A DNA stretch of 64,000 bases from Planctomycetota bacterium. Its GTDB lineage: Bacteria; Planctomycetota; B15-G4; JADJEK01. This document shows, in pieces, positions 21,262-32,158 of the stretch. The stretch lies in NCBI GenBank assembly GCA_044225365.1, contig JBGAIQ010000002.1, forward strand, positions 64,001 through 128,000, read 5' to 3'. The translations under genes were made by a program, and so were the position numbers. How positions within the stretch are numbered: the first letter of the stretch is position 1; every line of letters starts with the position of its first letter. Below the pieces are notes generated by a model that was not told the origin of the DNA, did not search any database, and saw only the letters and a list, made by a program, of their open reading frames with translations.

Positions 21262-22431
21262 TCAGCGACGTCGCAGCGCTTCGGTCGGCGTCATCGATGC
21301 GGCGCGATAGGCCGGCCAGACGCCACCGAGCAATCCGAGTCCGAGCGAGAAGAGTACCGCGACGACCAGCACCATCGGCGTGATCTCGAATGCGAACGAC
21401 ACATCGGTGAAGGTCGCGAAGTTCGACGTGCTCGTCTCCCTACCATTGAGAGGTTGCACCAGCACGCAGCCGAGCAATCCACCGAGCAACCCGAGCACGA
21501 TCGACTCGAAGAGGAACGACAGGAAGATCGACCACGGCTTGAAGCCGATCGACAACAGGATCCCGATCTCGTGGGTGCGCGACGCGAGCGCCGCGAGCAT
21601 CGTGTTCGTCGCGGTGAAGATCGCGGCGATACCCATGACGACGCCGAGGAACGAGCCGAGCCCGATGAGGACGCCCGACAGCATCTCGGTCTGCTTGCCG
21701 AGGTACTCGCGTTCGGTGAGGACTTGCGCCGGAGTCTGCGGGTCCTTGTCGATCACGGCCGCGAAGTCCGCGAGCTTCACGCCCGGCTTCAATTTCGCGA
21801 TCACGCGGCTGAAGTTCGGGCGCTGCAGTGCAACGGAGATGCGTTCGATGTCGCCCCAGATCTCGGAGCCGAACGGTCCATCGTTCTCGAACACTCCGAC
21901 GACCTTGAAAGGAGTCGTGTTGAACACGATCGAATCGCCGAGTCCGCAATCGCGGAACTTGCCGACGAGTCGACTGCCCACGATCACCTCGTCGCTGCCG
22001 AACGTGAACATCTTGCCGTCGCGAATCGTCACCGATCCGCCGTTGATCGCGAGGCTCTGCGGCTGGACACCGCGAATCGGCACGTTCGTCTCGCCCCCGC
22101 CCGTTCGATAGCGGCGGACCGCGAGGAAGCACTCCATCGCCGCCAGCGGTTGGCCGCTCGAGTCGACCGCGATCTCCGGTCGCGACTTGATCAGGATCTG
22201 CGCCTGTTCACGTTGGAAGAACGAGTCGCTCTCGTTGGTCGCGCCGGGACGCAAGAACACCACCACCTCGCTGCGCCCGCCGGCATCAAACATCTTCGCG
22301 AAGCCTTGCTGCAGAGCGATGACGCCGGCGACGACGGTGACCGTCGCCGCGATGCCGAGCAGCGTGAGGAACGTGGCAGAGCGGCGGACGAAGAGACTGC
22401 GCAGGTTGTAGGAAAGAGGTACGAGAGCCAT
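21262..22431 (-). CDS. ABC transporter permease (MacB/FtsX family)
   Basis: N-terminal TM, periplasmic core, RTHEIGILLSIGF FtsX motif; coupled to upstream stop. Confidence 0.9.
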   Translation of the reverse strand: MALVPLSYNLRSLFVRRSATFLTLLGIAATVTVVAGVIALQQGFAKMFDAGGRSEVVVFLRPGATNESDSFFQREQAQILIKSRPEIAVDSSGQPLAAMECFLAVRRYRTGGGETNVPIRGVQPQSLAINGGSVTIRDGKMFTFGSDEVIVGSRLVGKFRDCGLGDSIVFNTTPFKVVGVFENDGPFGSEIWGDIERISVALQRPNFSRVIAKLKPGVKLADFAAVIDKDPQTPAQVLTEREYLGKQTEMLSGVLIGLGSFLGVVMGIAAIFTATNTMLAALASRTHEIGILLSIGFKPWSIFLSFLFESIVLGLLGGLLGCVLVQPLNGRETSTSNFATFTDVSFAFEITPMVLVVAVLFSLGLGLLGGVWPAYRAASMTPTEALRRR

Positions 22432-23603
22432 CACGCCTCCGCCCGCAGAGCATCGACGACTTTCGTGCGCAGGATCATCGCGGCGGGTGCGAGTCCGGCG
22501 GCAATCCCGATCATCAGCGCGACGATGGTGCCATTGCGCATCGTCTCGATCAGTACGGCGAAGCCCGGGAAGCGCGTTCCGAGCATGGCTCCGAGCGAAC
22601 CCTCGATCGACTTCGCGAGCAGGATTCCCGTGCCGCCGCCGACCAGGGAGATGACGATGGCCTGCAGGAAGAACAAGAGGAAGACCACCAACCCGGTGAA
22701 TCCGAGCGCTTTCAGGATGCCGATGTCGCGAGTCTGCTCGCGCGCGGCGAGCAGCATCGTGTTGACGACGGCGAGCAGGATCGCGAACGCGACGGCGCCG
22801 CCGATCGAGCCGACGAAGAACGGTACGTTGCCGAGCATCGAGACGAACTGTGCCTGGAACTCCGACTCCGACGTGCTCTGCGTACGTTGCGGACCGTTGT
22901 GGAAGAGTTGGTCGATCTCGCGCATGACCGCGATCGGCTCCGCCGATTTCTCGATCAGGGAGACGATCACGCCAACGCCCTGCGGCCCGAGGGCGGCGCC
23001 CGCTTCCTGACTGTCTCGCACGTACTGATCGTGGAAGAACATCGTCTGCTGGTCGACGTTGCGCGAGGTCGAACGATACACGGCGGCGAGCTTGAACTCC
23101 CAGGGCTGGCCGTCGAGGCGCGGATAGATCGTGCCCTGCAAGGGGATCGTCTGGCCGACTTGCCAACCGTACTTCTTCGCGAGATCGATTCCGACGATGC
23201 ACGATCCGCGCGAGCGGAGGAACTCGTCCTTCGATCCTTCGACGACCTCGATCTCCGGATAGGTCTGGAACAGATGCTCCTCGTCGACGCCGAACTGAGC
23301 GAAGAAGTTCGATCGTTGCTGGTAGATCCCGCCGAACCAGTTCCACGCCACGACTTCGCGGACGCCCGGCACCTGACGGATCTTCGCGAGATACGAGCGC
23401 GGCATCACGACGAAGAGCGATACCGCCGACTGCGTGATCACCCGATCGGAACGCGCGTTCTTCACGCCGGCTTCGAGCGTGGTGAGCAACGAGTACAGCG
23501 TGACGATGAGGAACAGGGCGATGACGACCGACCCGAGCGTGAGGAGCGATCGGATCGGATGCTTCAGCATGTTGCGAAACAGGAGGAGCGTCGGGAATCG
23601 CAT
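22431..23603 (-). CDS. ABC transporter permease (MacB/FtsX family)
   Basis: RNMLKHPIRSLLT, EQTRDIGILKALGF. Confidence 0.9.
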   Translation of the reverse strand: MRFPTLLLFRNMLKHPIRSLLTLGSVVIALFLIVTLYSLLTTLEAGVKNARSDRVITQSAVSLFVVMPRSYLAKIRQVPGVREVVAWNWFGGIYQQRSNFFAQFGVDEEHLFQTYPEIEVVEGSKDEFLRSRGSCIVGIDLAKKYGWQVGQTIPLQGTIYPRLDGQPWEFKLAAVYRSTSRNVDQQTMFFHDQYVRDSQEAGAALGPQGVGVIVSLIEKSAEPIAVMREIDQLFHNGPQRTQSTSESEFQAQFVSMLGNVPFFVGSIGGAVAFAILLAVVNTMLLAAREQTRDIGILKALGFTGLVVFLLFFLQAIVISLVGGGTGILLAKSIEGSLGAMLGTRFPGFAVLIETMRNGTIVALMIGIAAGLAPAAMILRTKVVDALRAEA

Positions 23604-23605
23604 GG

Positions 23606-24307
23606 TCAGCGTGCTCCTGGCGAAACGGCCTCGACCTCGGCGAGTCGGCCCTTGTCGAGATGGACGATCGTCTTCGCCGAACGCGCCGCGACCGGATCGT
23701 GCGTGACCATGACGATCGTCTTGCCGAGTTCGCCGTTCAATCGGCGAAGCAGTTCGAGGACCGAGTCCGCCGAAGTGCGATCGAGATCGCCCGTTGGTTC
23801 GTCGGCGAGGATCAGCTTGGGGTCGGTGACGAGCGCGCGAGCGATCGCGACGCGCTGCTCCTGACCGCCGGAGAGTTGTCCCGGCCGATGATCCATGCGG
23901 TCCTTCAGGCCCACGAGTTCGAGTGCATACTCCGCGTGTTCCTTGCGCTTGCTGCGCGAGAGCGGCGTGAGCAGAAGCGGAAGCTCGACGTTCTGCAGGG
24001 CCGTCAACACCGGAATCAGATTGAAGCCCTGGAAGACGAATCCGACGTGGTCGGCGCGCCAGCGCGCGAGCGCATCGCCCTCGAGGTCCATGAGGTTCTC
24101 GTCGCCGACGATCACGTCTCCCGAGTCTGCACGATCGAGGCCGCCGATCAGATTGAGGAGGGTCGACTTGCCCGATCCCGAGGGACCCATGAGAGCCACG
24201 AACTGGCCCGCGGGAATCTCGAGGTCGAGGTGGTCGATCACGGTCAGCGTCTCCCCGCCGCGCGCGTACGACTTCGTGACCTGTCGCAGTTCGATCAGAT
24301 TGCCCAT
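23606..24307 (-). CDS. ABC transporter ATP-binding protein (LolD/MacB-like)
   Basis: [28 protein letters not shown]. Confidence 0.95.
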   Translation of the reverse strand: MGNLIELRQVTKSYARGGETLTVIDHLDLEIPAGQFVALMGPSGSGKSTLLNLIGGLDRADSGDVIVGDENLMDLEGDALARWRADHVGFVFQGFNLIPVLTALQNVELPLLLTPLSRSKRKEHAEYALELVGLKDRMDHRPGQLSGGQEQRVAIARALVTDPKLILADEPTGDLDRTSADSVLELLRRLNGELGKTIVMVTHDPVAARSAKTIVHLDKGRLAEVEAVSPGAR

Positions 24308-24318
24308 GGTGAACGATC

Positions 24319-25818
24319 CTACTTCGAGGAATTCGACGCGGGGGAAAGGGGAAGGACGCGGTCGCCCGAGCGCAACGTCGGCGGCGGTGAGCGCAGGACG
24401 ACATCGCCTTCGGTCACGCCGCTCTTCACGACGATCAGGTCGGAGATCTTCTCGCCGAGGTCGACGGCGCGCTCGACCGCGACGTCGCGCTCGAGGACGA
24501 ACACGAACGTCTTGCCGCCGACGCGCACGACGGAGTCCTGCGGCGCCATGATCAGGTCCGGCGACGTGGTCGCGCCCACATCGGTCTTCGCCTGTGCACC
24601 GAACACGATCCGGCACTGCATCTCGGGTCGCAGTCGCTCATCGGGAGTCGTGATCTTCGCGCGGACTTCGATCGTGCCCTTCTGCTTGTTCGCGGTCGGC
24701 CAGATGCGGTCGACGATCGCGGCGTAGGGCTTGCTCGGATAGGCGTCGAGGAAGAACGTCGACGGCGCGTTCAACTCGACGAGCCCGATCGATGCCTCGG
24801 GCACCTCGGCTTGCACTTCGAGACTCGCGAAGTCGACCATCGTGGCGACCGAGCCGCGCGCGTTGCCGCCAGCCTGGACGTTCGGCGACACGACTTCGCC
24901 CACTTCGGCATCCTTCAGAACGACGATGCCGTCGAAGGGCGCACGAATCACGGTCTTGTCGAGGCGCGCCTTGGCTTCATCGCGCGCGGCCGCCTTCACC
25001 TTCAATAGTTCGACCGCTTGCTTCGCTGCGGACTCCTGGACGCCGATCGCGGCGGCGCCCTGCGCGAGATCGGCAACCGCGGCCGCTTCCCGCGCCTTCG
25101 CCGATTCGACGCGCGACTTCGCGGACTTCAGCGAAGCCTCGGCCTGCTCCAGCAACTTGACGTTCTCGGCGCCGTCCTTGACGAGATCCTGCATCCGTTT
25201 CACTTCGAGCGTCCACAGCACGTCGTCCGCCTCGGCTTCGGCGATCGACGCCGTGGCCGCGTTCTTGACGCTCTCGAGGCGATCGCGTTCGGCCTTGGTG
25301 CGAACGAGCGTCGCGACCTCGCGTCGCGAGGCCTCCTGCGCGACCTCCAGATCGCCCTCCGCCGCCGCGAGCGCGGCTTTGTACTCCTCGTCGTACAGGC
25401 GGGCGACGACGAATCCCTTCGACACTTTCTGACCCTCGACGACGTTGAGTTCGACGATGCGGCCCGGTGTGTCGGCCGAGAGCGCGGCCTTCACTCGTGC
25501 GATGATGTACCCGTTCGCCGATGCGCCGGCGATCGTCCCCGCGGCCGCGGGACTACGACGCACGACTTCACCCGTCGCGACCTTCGGGAGGCGCATGCGA
25601 TCGATTCCATCCAGGATCGGAGCCTTGAACAAGACGCCGCACGCAACGACGACTCCGAGGGCGACGAGCTTGCCGATCGGCCACGGTCGACCGCGTCCGC
25701 GCGACGCGGTCGCTGCGGCGCGGGGAGGGGTCGACGATTCGGGGCCGCGGTCGATCTTGAGGCGATTGAGGTCCAACGAAACTGCCTTCGATCCGAGGAT
25801 TCGAGCCGAGTAGTTCAC
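24319..25818 (-). CDS. Efflux periplasmic adaptor (HlyD/MacA-like membrane fusion protein)
   Basis: N-terminal TM, lipoyl half-motifs ([14 protein letters not shown]; IRAPFDGIV), long coiled coil. Confidence 0.9.
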   Translation of the reverse strand: MNYSARILGSKAVSLDLNRLKIDRGPESSTPPRAAATASRGRGRPWPIGKLVALGVVVACGVLFKAPILDGIDRMRLPKVATGEVVRRSPAAAGTIAGASANGYIIARVKAALSADTPGRIVELNVVEGQKVSKGFVVARLYDEEYKAALAAAEGDLEVAQEASRREVATLVRTKAERDRLESVKNAATASIAEAEADDVLWTLEVKRMQDLVKDGAENVKLLEQAEASLKSAKSRVESAKAREAAAVADLAQGAAAIGVQESAAKQAVELLKVKAAARDEAKARLDKTVIRAPFDGIVVLKDAEVGEVVSPNVQAGGNARGSVATMVDFASLEVQAEVPEASIGLVELNAPSTFFLDAYPSKPYAAIVDRIWPTANKQKGTIEVRAKITTPDERLRPEMQCRIVFGAQAKTDVGATTSPDLIMAPQDSVVRVGGKTFVFVLERDVAVERAVDLGEKISDLIVVKSGVTEGDVVLRSPPPTLRSGDRVLPLSPASNSSK

Positions 25819-25922
25819 GCGCCCGACGCGTGAATTGCAATGGGGCCGTCGCTTCGTCGTGTCGGGGCGAGCGGATTCAGTAATCTGGTGGGGGATCGCT
25901 CCTACCGCTGCGAGTGAACCTC

Positions 25923-26513
25923 ATGAAGAAGTCGCGTCCGATGCGTACGCCGTTCCGGTCCGAGCCGCTCCACACGGCGAATTTCCCAGTGTTCGAACGT
26001 CTGTTCGGCGAGCGCGGTGCATGTGGCGGATGCTGGTGCATGACTCCGCGCCTCACGCGGCGCGAATACGAGGGCAGCAAGGGCGAGCCGAATCGCCGCG
26101 CGATGCGGAAACTCGCCGCGCGCGATCTCGCGCCGGGCGTGCTCGTCTTCAAGGGAGGAGATCCCGATGCCGTCGGCTGGTGCGCCGTCGGACCGCGTGA
26201 GGAGTTCCTCCAACTGAAGAACTCGCGCATCCTCGCTCCGGTCGACTCGAGACCCGTGTTCTCGATCGTGTGCTTGTTCGTCGCGAAGACCGCACGCCGA
26301 ACGGGAGTCTCGGTTGCCGCCATCGAGGCGGCGGTGGAGTACGCGAAGAGTCATGGCGCCGAGTGCGTCGAGGCCTATCCGATCGCGCCGAAGAAGGAGG
26401 ATGTCCCTCCGGTATTCGCGTACCCCGGATTGCTCGCGGCCTACGAAGCCGCGGGCTTCGTCGAGGTCGCTCGACGATCGCCGACGCGTCCGATCGTGCG
26501 TCGCGATCTGTGA
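25923..26513 (+). CDS. GNAT-family N-acetyltransferase (CxxCWC type)
   Basis: GACGGCWCM, CLFVAKTARRTGVS acetyl-CoA motif, VEAYP, YEAAGF. Confidence 0.85.
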   Translation: MKKSRPMRTPFRSEPLHTANFPVFERLFGERGACGGCWCMTPRLTRREYEGSKGEPNRRAMRKLAARDLAPGVLVFKGGDPDAVGWCAVGPREEFLQLKNSRILAPVDSRPVFSIVCLFVAKTARRTGVSVAAIEAAVEYAKSHGAECVEAYPIAPKKEDVPPVFAYPGLLAAYEAAGFVEVARRSPTRPIVRRDL

Positions 26514-26520
26514 GGAGTGT

Positions 26521-26766
26521 TCAGCGCTTCGCGCGTGCGGCGAGGATCGCTTGGACCAATTCTTCGGGGATCCCGTCCATCGGGGCGGCGGGATCGCGGC
26601 CGACGAAGGCGTCCTTCGTGAGCGACACCGTCTGTCGATAGCTCGCCATGTAGTCGACGCAGCCCGGGCAGAGCCGGAGGTGCTCTTCGAACGCCTGCCG
26701 CTCCGTCGCCGGGAGCGTGCCGTCGAGATACTCCATCAGGAAGCTGACGAATTCGCGGCACGTCAT
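26521..26766 (-). CDS. zf-HC2 zinc-finger anti-sigma factor
   Basis: MTCREFVSFLMEYLDG..HLRLCPGC (HxxxCxxC); ATGA-coupled to ECF sigma. Confidence 0.9.
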   Translation of the reverse strand: MTCREFVSFLMEYLDGTLPATERQAFEEHLRLCPGCVDYMASYRQTVSLTKDAFVGRDPAAPMDGIPEELVQAILAARAKR

Positions 26767-27518
26767 GACGCAAGACTCGTTCGGAAGCGCTTGTCGAGGA
26801 TGCCACGGAGCGCTTGGCGCGCACGATGCAGGCGGATCTTCACGGCGTTGACGGAATCGCCGAGCAGGGTTGCAGTCTCCTCCGTCGAGCGACCCTCGAG
26901 ATCGCGGAGCTGGATCACCGCGCGATACGGGAGGGGGAGCTGATCGATCCCGTCGCGAACGATCGCCTGCGTCTCCGCGATCTCGGCGGGGGAATCGTGA
27001 CGCGACCACGGTTCGGGCCAGTCGGCGTGGTGGCCGTCGTCGAGGAAGCGGGGCAGCAGATCCTCGATCGCCAGCTCCGGGCGGCTCCTCTTCGCGCGGA
27101 GCTTCATCAGGGCGGCGTTCACGGCGATCCGATGCAGCCAAGTGGAGAATCGAGCCTCCGCACTGAAGCGATCGATCGAACGAAACGCGGCGAGGAACGC
27201 CTCCTGCACCGCGTCCATCGCATCCTGCTCGTCGTTCAGGATCCGCCGTGTGATGACGAGGATTCGCGGGCCGTACTCGCGGACCGCGAACTCGTAGGCG
27301 CGGGGATCGCCGCCGCGGAGGGCTGCGACGAGCGACGCGTCGTCATCGAGCGTGAAGAACGTGGGAGATGGCGAGCTCGCGCCAACTCCACCGGCGGCGG
27401 CGGACATCGCGAGCATCATCGCGGCGCGCAGGAGCCAAGACAATCCCCCGCCGTCGCGCTTCTTGCGGGCGGGCTGTTCGAGCGGCTCGGATTCGCGGTG
27501 TTCGGTGGGCTTCATCAT
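26763..27518 (-). CDS. ECF RNA polymerase sigma factor
   Basis: DAMDAVQEAF, FSTWLHRIAVN region 2; LPLPYRAVIQLRD..VKIRLHRAR region 4; start uncertain. Confidence 0.92.
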   Translation of the reverse strand: MMKPTEHRESEPLEQPARKKRDGGGLSWLLRAAMMLAMSAAAGGVGASSPSPTFFTLDDDASLVAALRGGDPRAYEFAVREYGPRILVITRRILNDEQDAMDAVQEAFLAAFRSIDRFSAEARFSTWLHRIAVNAALMKLRAKRSRPELAIEDLLPRFLDDGHHADWPEPWSRHDSPAEIAETQAIVRDGIDQLPLPYRAVIQLRDLEGRSTEETATLLGDSVNAVKIRLHRARQALRGILDKRFRTSLAS

Positions 27519-27640
27519 CGGTGATTCGGGTTCGGGCGCTCCGATGCCGCTTCGGGTCGTGAGGTTGCATGGCGTGACCCCCGGAATCGAAGAAATCGAC
27601 TCCCCCGTTCCAACCCCGCACGTGTCGTCCGCGGCAGAAG

Positions 27641-27649
27641 TTATCCACA
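27641..27649 (+). promoter_or_regulatory. Perfect DnaA box (TTATCCACA)
   Basis: Exact consensus in an intergenic region, followed by degenerate TCATGAACA. Confidence 0.45.
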
Positions 27650-27699
27650 ACTCATGAACACCCCTGGGAATTGGGGTCAGATCGTTATACTGCCCTGCG

Positions 27700-29226
27700 A
27701 TGGCGGGACTGAAACGAGTGCTGGTCGCGAACCGCGGCGAGATCGCGGTCCGCGTTCTGCGTGCATGCCGTGAGGAAGGCATCGAAACCGTCGCGGTGTA
27801 TTCCGAGGCGGATCGGAATGCATTGCACGTCCGCCTCGCCGATCAGGCTTTCTGCATCGGCAAACCGCAGGCCTCCGAGTCCTACTTGAACTCGGAGAAG
27901 ATCCTCGCCGTGGCCCGCCGCGCGGGTGCCGACTCGATCCATCCCGGATACGGATTCCTTTCCGAAAACGCCGATTTCGCAGACGCTTGTGTCCGCGCCG
28001 GCGTGAAGTTCATCGGCCCGTCCGGGGACGCGATGCGGAAGATGGGCGACAAGATCGAGGCGAAGCGCCGGATGCGCGCCGCCAACGTCCCGGTGGCCCC
28101 GGGCAGCGACGGTCCGATCGCCGACCCGGCCGAGGCCGAACGGATCGCGACGAGCATCGGCTTCCCGGTGATGATCAAGGCCGCGGCCGGTGGCGGCGGC
28201 AAGGGGATCCGCATCGTGCGCCAGGCCAGCGAGCTGGCCTCGGCCCTCGAACGCGCCCGCTCCGAAGCGGAAAAGTCGTTCAAAAGTGGTGCGGTCTATG
28301 TGGAAAAGTTCCTCGCGCGCCCGCGGCACGTCGAAATCCAGGTCCTGGCCGACAGCCATGGCAACGTGATCCACCTCGGCGAGCGCGAGTGCTCGGTCCA
28401 GCGGCGCCATCAGAAGATCATCGAAGAGACGCCGTCGTGCATCGTCGATGCCGACCTGCGGCACCGGATGGGCAGCGCGGCGGTCGCGGCGGCGAAGGCC
28501 GTCCACTACGAGAACGCCGGCACGGTCGAGTTCCTCGTCGATGCCGACCGCAATTTCTACTTCCTCGAGATGAATACCCGACTGCAGGTCGAGCACCCGA
28601 TCACCGAGTCGGTGACGGGCGTCGATCTGGTGCGCGCGCAGCTCCGCGTGGCCGCGGGGCAGCGTCTCGAAGTCACGCAAGCCGACATCGTTCAACGCGG
28701 ACACGCGATCGAGTGCCGCATCTGCGCCGAGGATCCCGACAACAACTTCCTGCCGTCGATCGGAACGATCAAGAAGCTCGACGTGCCGGGCGGCGGCCGC
28801 GTCCGCATCGATGGCTGCCTGTTCGAAGGCATGAAGGTCGAGGTCTGGTACGACTCGATGCTCGCGAAGCTGATCGTGCGCGCGAACGATCGCGAAGAAG
28901 CGATCGCGAGGATGAAGCGCGCGCTCGCCGAGTTCCAGGTGAGCGGCGTGAAGACGAACATCGGCTTCCTGCTCCGCGCGCTCGAGCAGCCGGAATTCAT
29001 CTCCGGTGAGTACGACACGGGTTTCATCGAACGCAACAAGCAAGCGCTCCTCGCCGGCCCAGCGGACGGCGAGATGGAAGATGTCGCGGTGATCGCGGTC
29101 GTCGTCGCGCGGGAGTTGCGTCGCCTCCGCTCGGCGAACGCTCGCAGCCTCACGGCTGGAGGCTCGAGCGATCCTTCCGTGAATCCGTGGCGGCGCGTCG
29201 CGCGCGGCTCGACATTGCGGCCCTGA
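27700..29226 (+). CDS. accC: Acyl-CoA carboxylase biotin carboxylase subunit (AccC/PccA-like)
   Basis: VLVANRGEIA, IHPGYGFLSEN, GGGGKG, ECSVQRRHQK, EMNTRLQVEH. Confidence 0.9.
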   Translation: MAGLKRVLVANRGEIAVRVLRACREEGIETVAVYSEADRNALHVRLADQAFCIGKPQASESYLNSEKILAVARRAGADSIHPGYGFLSENADFADACVRAGVKFIGPSGDAMRKMGDKIEAKRRMRAANVPVAPGSDGPIADPAEAERIATSIGFPVMIKAAAGGGGKGIRIVRQASELASALERARSEAEKSFKSGAVYVEKFLARPRHVEIQVLADSHGNVIHLGERECSVQRRHQKIIEETPSCIVDADLRHRMGSAAVAAAKAVHYENAGTVEFLVDADRNFYFLEMNTRLQVEHPITESVTGVDLVRAQLRVAAGQRLEVTQADIVQRGHAIECRICAEDPDNNFLPSIGTIKKLDVPGGGRVRIDGCLFEGMKVEVWYDSMLAKLIVRANDREEAIARMKRALAEFQVSGVKTNIGFLLRALEQPEFISGEYDTGFIERNKQALLAGPADGEMEDVAVIAVVVARELRRLRSANARSLTAGGSSDPSVNPWRRVARGSTLRP

Positions 29227-29252
29227 ACGAGTTCGAAGACGAGGATTTCGTA

Positions 29253-29783
29253 GTGCGCTACTTCGCAAAGGTCGGCAACCGAGACTTCGAGTTGGAACTG
29301 CGCACGAGTGCGCAGGGCCTCGAAGTCGTGTTCGGGGGCAAGACCTTCGCGATCGACTGCTCGTCCGTGAATGCCGGAGCGCGCGGCGACGGCACGGGAG
29401 AGAAGTTCTCGATCCTCATCGACCACCGCTCGTTCGACGTCATCGCCGACGGCGATGGACGCAAACTCTCTTTGATCGTCGACGGCCACGCGTATCACGC
29501 GGAGGTCGAGGACGAACGTGAACGCGCGATGAGCGCCATCGCGGGGCATGGCGGCCCCGCGGGCGGACTCGTCGAGAGCGTCATGCCCGGGATCGTTCGC
29601 AAGGTCGACGTCAAGGTCGGCGATGCGGTGAAGCCCGGCGATCGCCTCCTCGTGCTCGAGGCGATGAAGATGGAGAACGAGATCCGCGCCGAGCACGGCG
29701 GTCTCATCGACAAGGTACTGATTGCGGAGGGTCAGACGGTTGACGGCGGTCAACCCCTGGTCCTGATCGTCGCGGCGTCGTAG
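29253..29783 (+). CDS. Biotin carboxyl carrier domain protein
   Basis: EAMKMENE biotinylation motif; GTG start after GAGG. Confidence 0.9.
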   Translation: MRYFAKVGNRDFELELRTSAQGLEVVFGGKTFAIDCSSVNAGARGDGTGEKFSILIDHRSFDVIADGDGRKLSLIVDGHAYHAEVEDERERAMSAIAGHGGPAGGLVESVMPGIVRKVDVKVGDAVKPGDRLLVLEAMKMENEIRAEHGGLIDKVLIAEGQTVDGGQPLVLIVAAS

Positions 29784-29824
29784 CCGCGGCAAATTCGTCG
29801 CCCCTGGACTCGGGAGGGAGTCCC

Positions 29825-32083
29825 ATGATGAAGATGACTACTGTTTCGTCGATCGGCGCACTGCTGATCGCAGCCCTCGCCGGACGTACGTCCGACGCGG
29901 GTGTTCCCCACGTTCTCGCCGGCAACGCTCCCCTCGTCGAACAGGAGGTGGGAGCTCAGCTCTCGCAATTGCTCCAGGCCAAGCGCGTGCGCGGCCGGGA
30001 CGGGATGCGCGAGACCGCGCGCACGATGCGGGTCGACGTCGCGGACGACGACTCGTTCGAGGTCGACCTGATCCCCAAGGACAAGAAGGGATTCAGCGTC
30101 GAGAAGCTGATGGCGCTCGGACTCGACGTCGTTCGCCATCGGAAGCACGCCACGACGATTCGCGCGACGCTCGATCAGATCGAGAACATCTCGCACATCG
30201 TCCCCGGACTGCAACACATCGACATCCCCGCGCCGGCCTGGCCGATGTCGGGTGAAGGCGTGATCGTCAGCGGCGGCCAGATCGCGCAGTTGAAGGGCGC
30301 GCGCGGAAGCGGCGTGAAGATCGCGATCATCGACCTGGGCTTCAACGGGCTCTCGAACCTCATCGAGGACGAGGACATCCCGGCCCCGATCGCGACGAAG
30401 GTCTACACCAAGACCGGACTCGAAGAGACCACGAACCACGGCACGCAGGTCGCCGAGGTCGTGAGCGAGATGGCGCCCGATGCCAGCCTCATCCTCATCA
30501 AGATCGCGAACGTCTCGCAGTTCGTCGACGCGGTGAGTTACGCCAAGACCCAGGGCGCGAAGATCATCAACGTCTCGATCGGTTTCCCGGGCGCCAACTA
30601 CGGCGACGGAACCGGCTCGGCCGCGGCGGCGCTCGACAAGGCGTTCGACCTCGGCGCGATCCCGGTCGTCTCCGCGGGCGACTTCGGTGACAAGCACTGG
30701 ATCGGTGGCTGGGCCGACAACTCGCCGGCGAATCGCGTCCTCGACTTCGATCAGGCGCTCGGCGACGAAGGACTCACCTTCGCAGCGAACAACGGCGATC
30801 CGGTCAAGGTCTACCTGACTTGGAACGACTTCCCGAAGACCAGCAAGGATCTGAAGCTCGAGGTCTTCTACACCGGCACGGCGCAGAACCCGCTGCCGAT
30901 GGATGCGACGACGCTTCAGGGCACGTCCGACGTGTGGCAGAAGGGCAACCAGGCTCCGCTTGAAGTCGTCGCCTTCACTGCGCCGCTCACGGGTCAGTAC
31001 TCGGCTCGCGTCACGCTGATGTCGAAGGACCCGACCAACCCGCAGCTCGAAGGACCGCCGCCGATCCCACCGAGCTCGGTGCAGCTCTTCGTTTCTCAGC
31101 CAATCGTCGACACGACGCTGCAGAGCAAGTGCAGCATCGTGACGCCGGGTGACTCCGAGAAGTCGATCACGGTCGGCGCGCTGGGCGTCGAGAACTGGCT
31201 CACGGGACCGATCCGTTCCTACTCGAGCCGCGGGCCGACGACCTCGGGCAAGGACAAGCCCGACATCTCCGGCCCGGATGGCGTCAGTGCGACGCTCGTC
31301 TCGCCGTTCTTCGGAACGTCGGCCGCGGCCCCGCACGTCGCTGGCGCCTGCGCCCAGATCTTCTCGGTGCAGTCGAACCTGACGGCTTCCGACGTGCGCG
31401 CGCGCGTGCTCGCCTACGCCGAGCCGATGGGAGACAAGTACGACTTCGGTAAGGGACGCCTCGACCTGACGGACGACTTCTTCCCCCCGACGCCGAATCC
31501 TCCGACCTTCGACAAGGTGGAGACGAAGGCCGATGCGACGGCGCTGCGCGTCGTCGTCTCGCCGCTGAACGACGAGACGGGGCCGGTCCAGTACCGAATG
31601 GAGATCTCGGGTACGACCGGGACGGGTCAGTCTGCGTTCGACTGGCAGCCGAGCAACGAGTTCCTCGACGACGGTCTCACGCCGAATCGCCAGTACAAGT
31701 ACAAGGTCCAGGCGCGTGACTCGGCGAATCCGCAGAACTACACAGTGCTCTCGAGCGAGACCAAGTTGCGGACGATGGCGGCGATTCCTCCGTCGCCCGA
31801 CGTCCTCGACGTCACGGCCGACACCGTGAAGCTGAGCTTGCTCGCGGGCATCAACCCGAGCGACGTCGAGTTCTCGCTCTTCTTCGTCGAGGACAATCGC
31901 TACCTCGCGCCCGATGGCTCGGAGAAGAAGACGCCGGTCTGGGCCACGATCTCCTCGTGGAAGAACGTCGTCGTCTCCGACCTCGATCCCGCCACGCCGT
32001 ATCAGTTCATGGTGAAGGCGAGGAACAAGAACGGCGTCGAGACGGTGTTCTCGCCCGTGACGTTCGTCGTGACCTCGCCCTGA
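29825..32083 (+). CDS. Secreted S8 subtilase with C-terminal fibronectin type III-like domains
   Basis: IAIIDLGF (Asp), NHGT (His), FGTSAAAPHVAG (Ser); LTPNRQYKYKVQARD and LDPATPYQFMVKARN FN3 motifs. Confidence 0.9.
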   Translation: MMKMTTVSSIGALLIAALAGRTSDAGVPHVLAGNAPLVEQEVGAQLSQLLQAKRVRGRDGMRETARTMRVDVADDDSFEVDLIPKDKKGFSVEKLMALGLDVVRHRKHATTIRATLDQIENISHIVPGLQHIDIPAPAWPMSGEGVIVSGGQIAQLKGARGSGVKIAIIDLGFNGLSNLIEDEDIPAPIATKVYTKTGLEETTNHGTQVAEVVSEMAPDASLILIKIANVSQFVDAVSYAKTQGAKIINVSIGFPGANYGDGTGSAAAALDKAFDLGAIPVVSAGDFGDKHWIGGWADNSPANRVLDFDQALGDEGLTFAANNGDPVKVYLTWNDFPKTSKDLKLEVFYTGTAQNPLPMDATTLQGTSDVWQKGNQAPLEVVAFTAPLTGQYSARVTLMSKDPTNPQLEGPPPIPPSSVQLFVSQPIVDTTLQSKCSIVTPGDSEKSITVGALGVENWLTGPIRSYSSRGPTTSGKDKPDISGPDGVSATLVSPFFGTSAAAPHVAGACAQIFSVQSNLTASDVRARVLAYAEPMGDKYDFGKGRLDLTDDFFPPTPNPPTFDKVETKADATALRVVVSPLNDETGPVQYRMEISGTTGTGQSAFDWQPSNEFLDDGLTPNRQYKYKVQARDSANPQNYTVLSSETKLRTMAAIPPSPDVLDVTADTVKLSLLAGINPSDVEFSLFFVEDNRYLAPDGSEKKTPVWATISSWKNVVVSDLDPATPYQFMVKARNKNGVETVFSPVTFVVTSP

Positions 32084-32158
32084 TCGACGAGCCATAGGCA
32101 AACGAACGAGGAGGTCGCGATGAGCTTCATCGCGGCCTCCTTCTCGTTCGTGGCCCGC

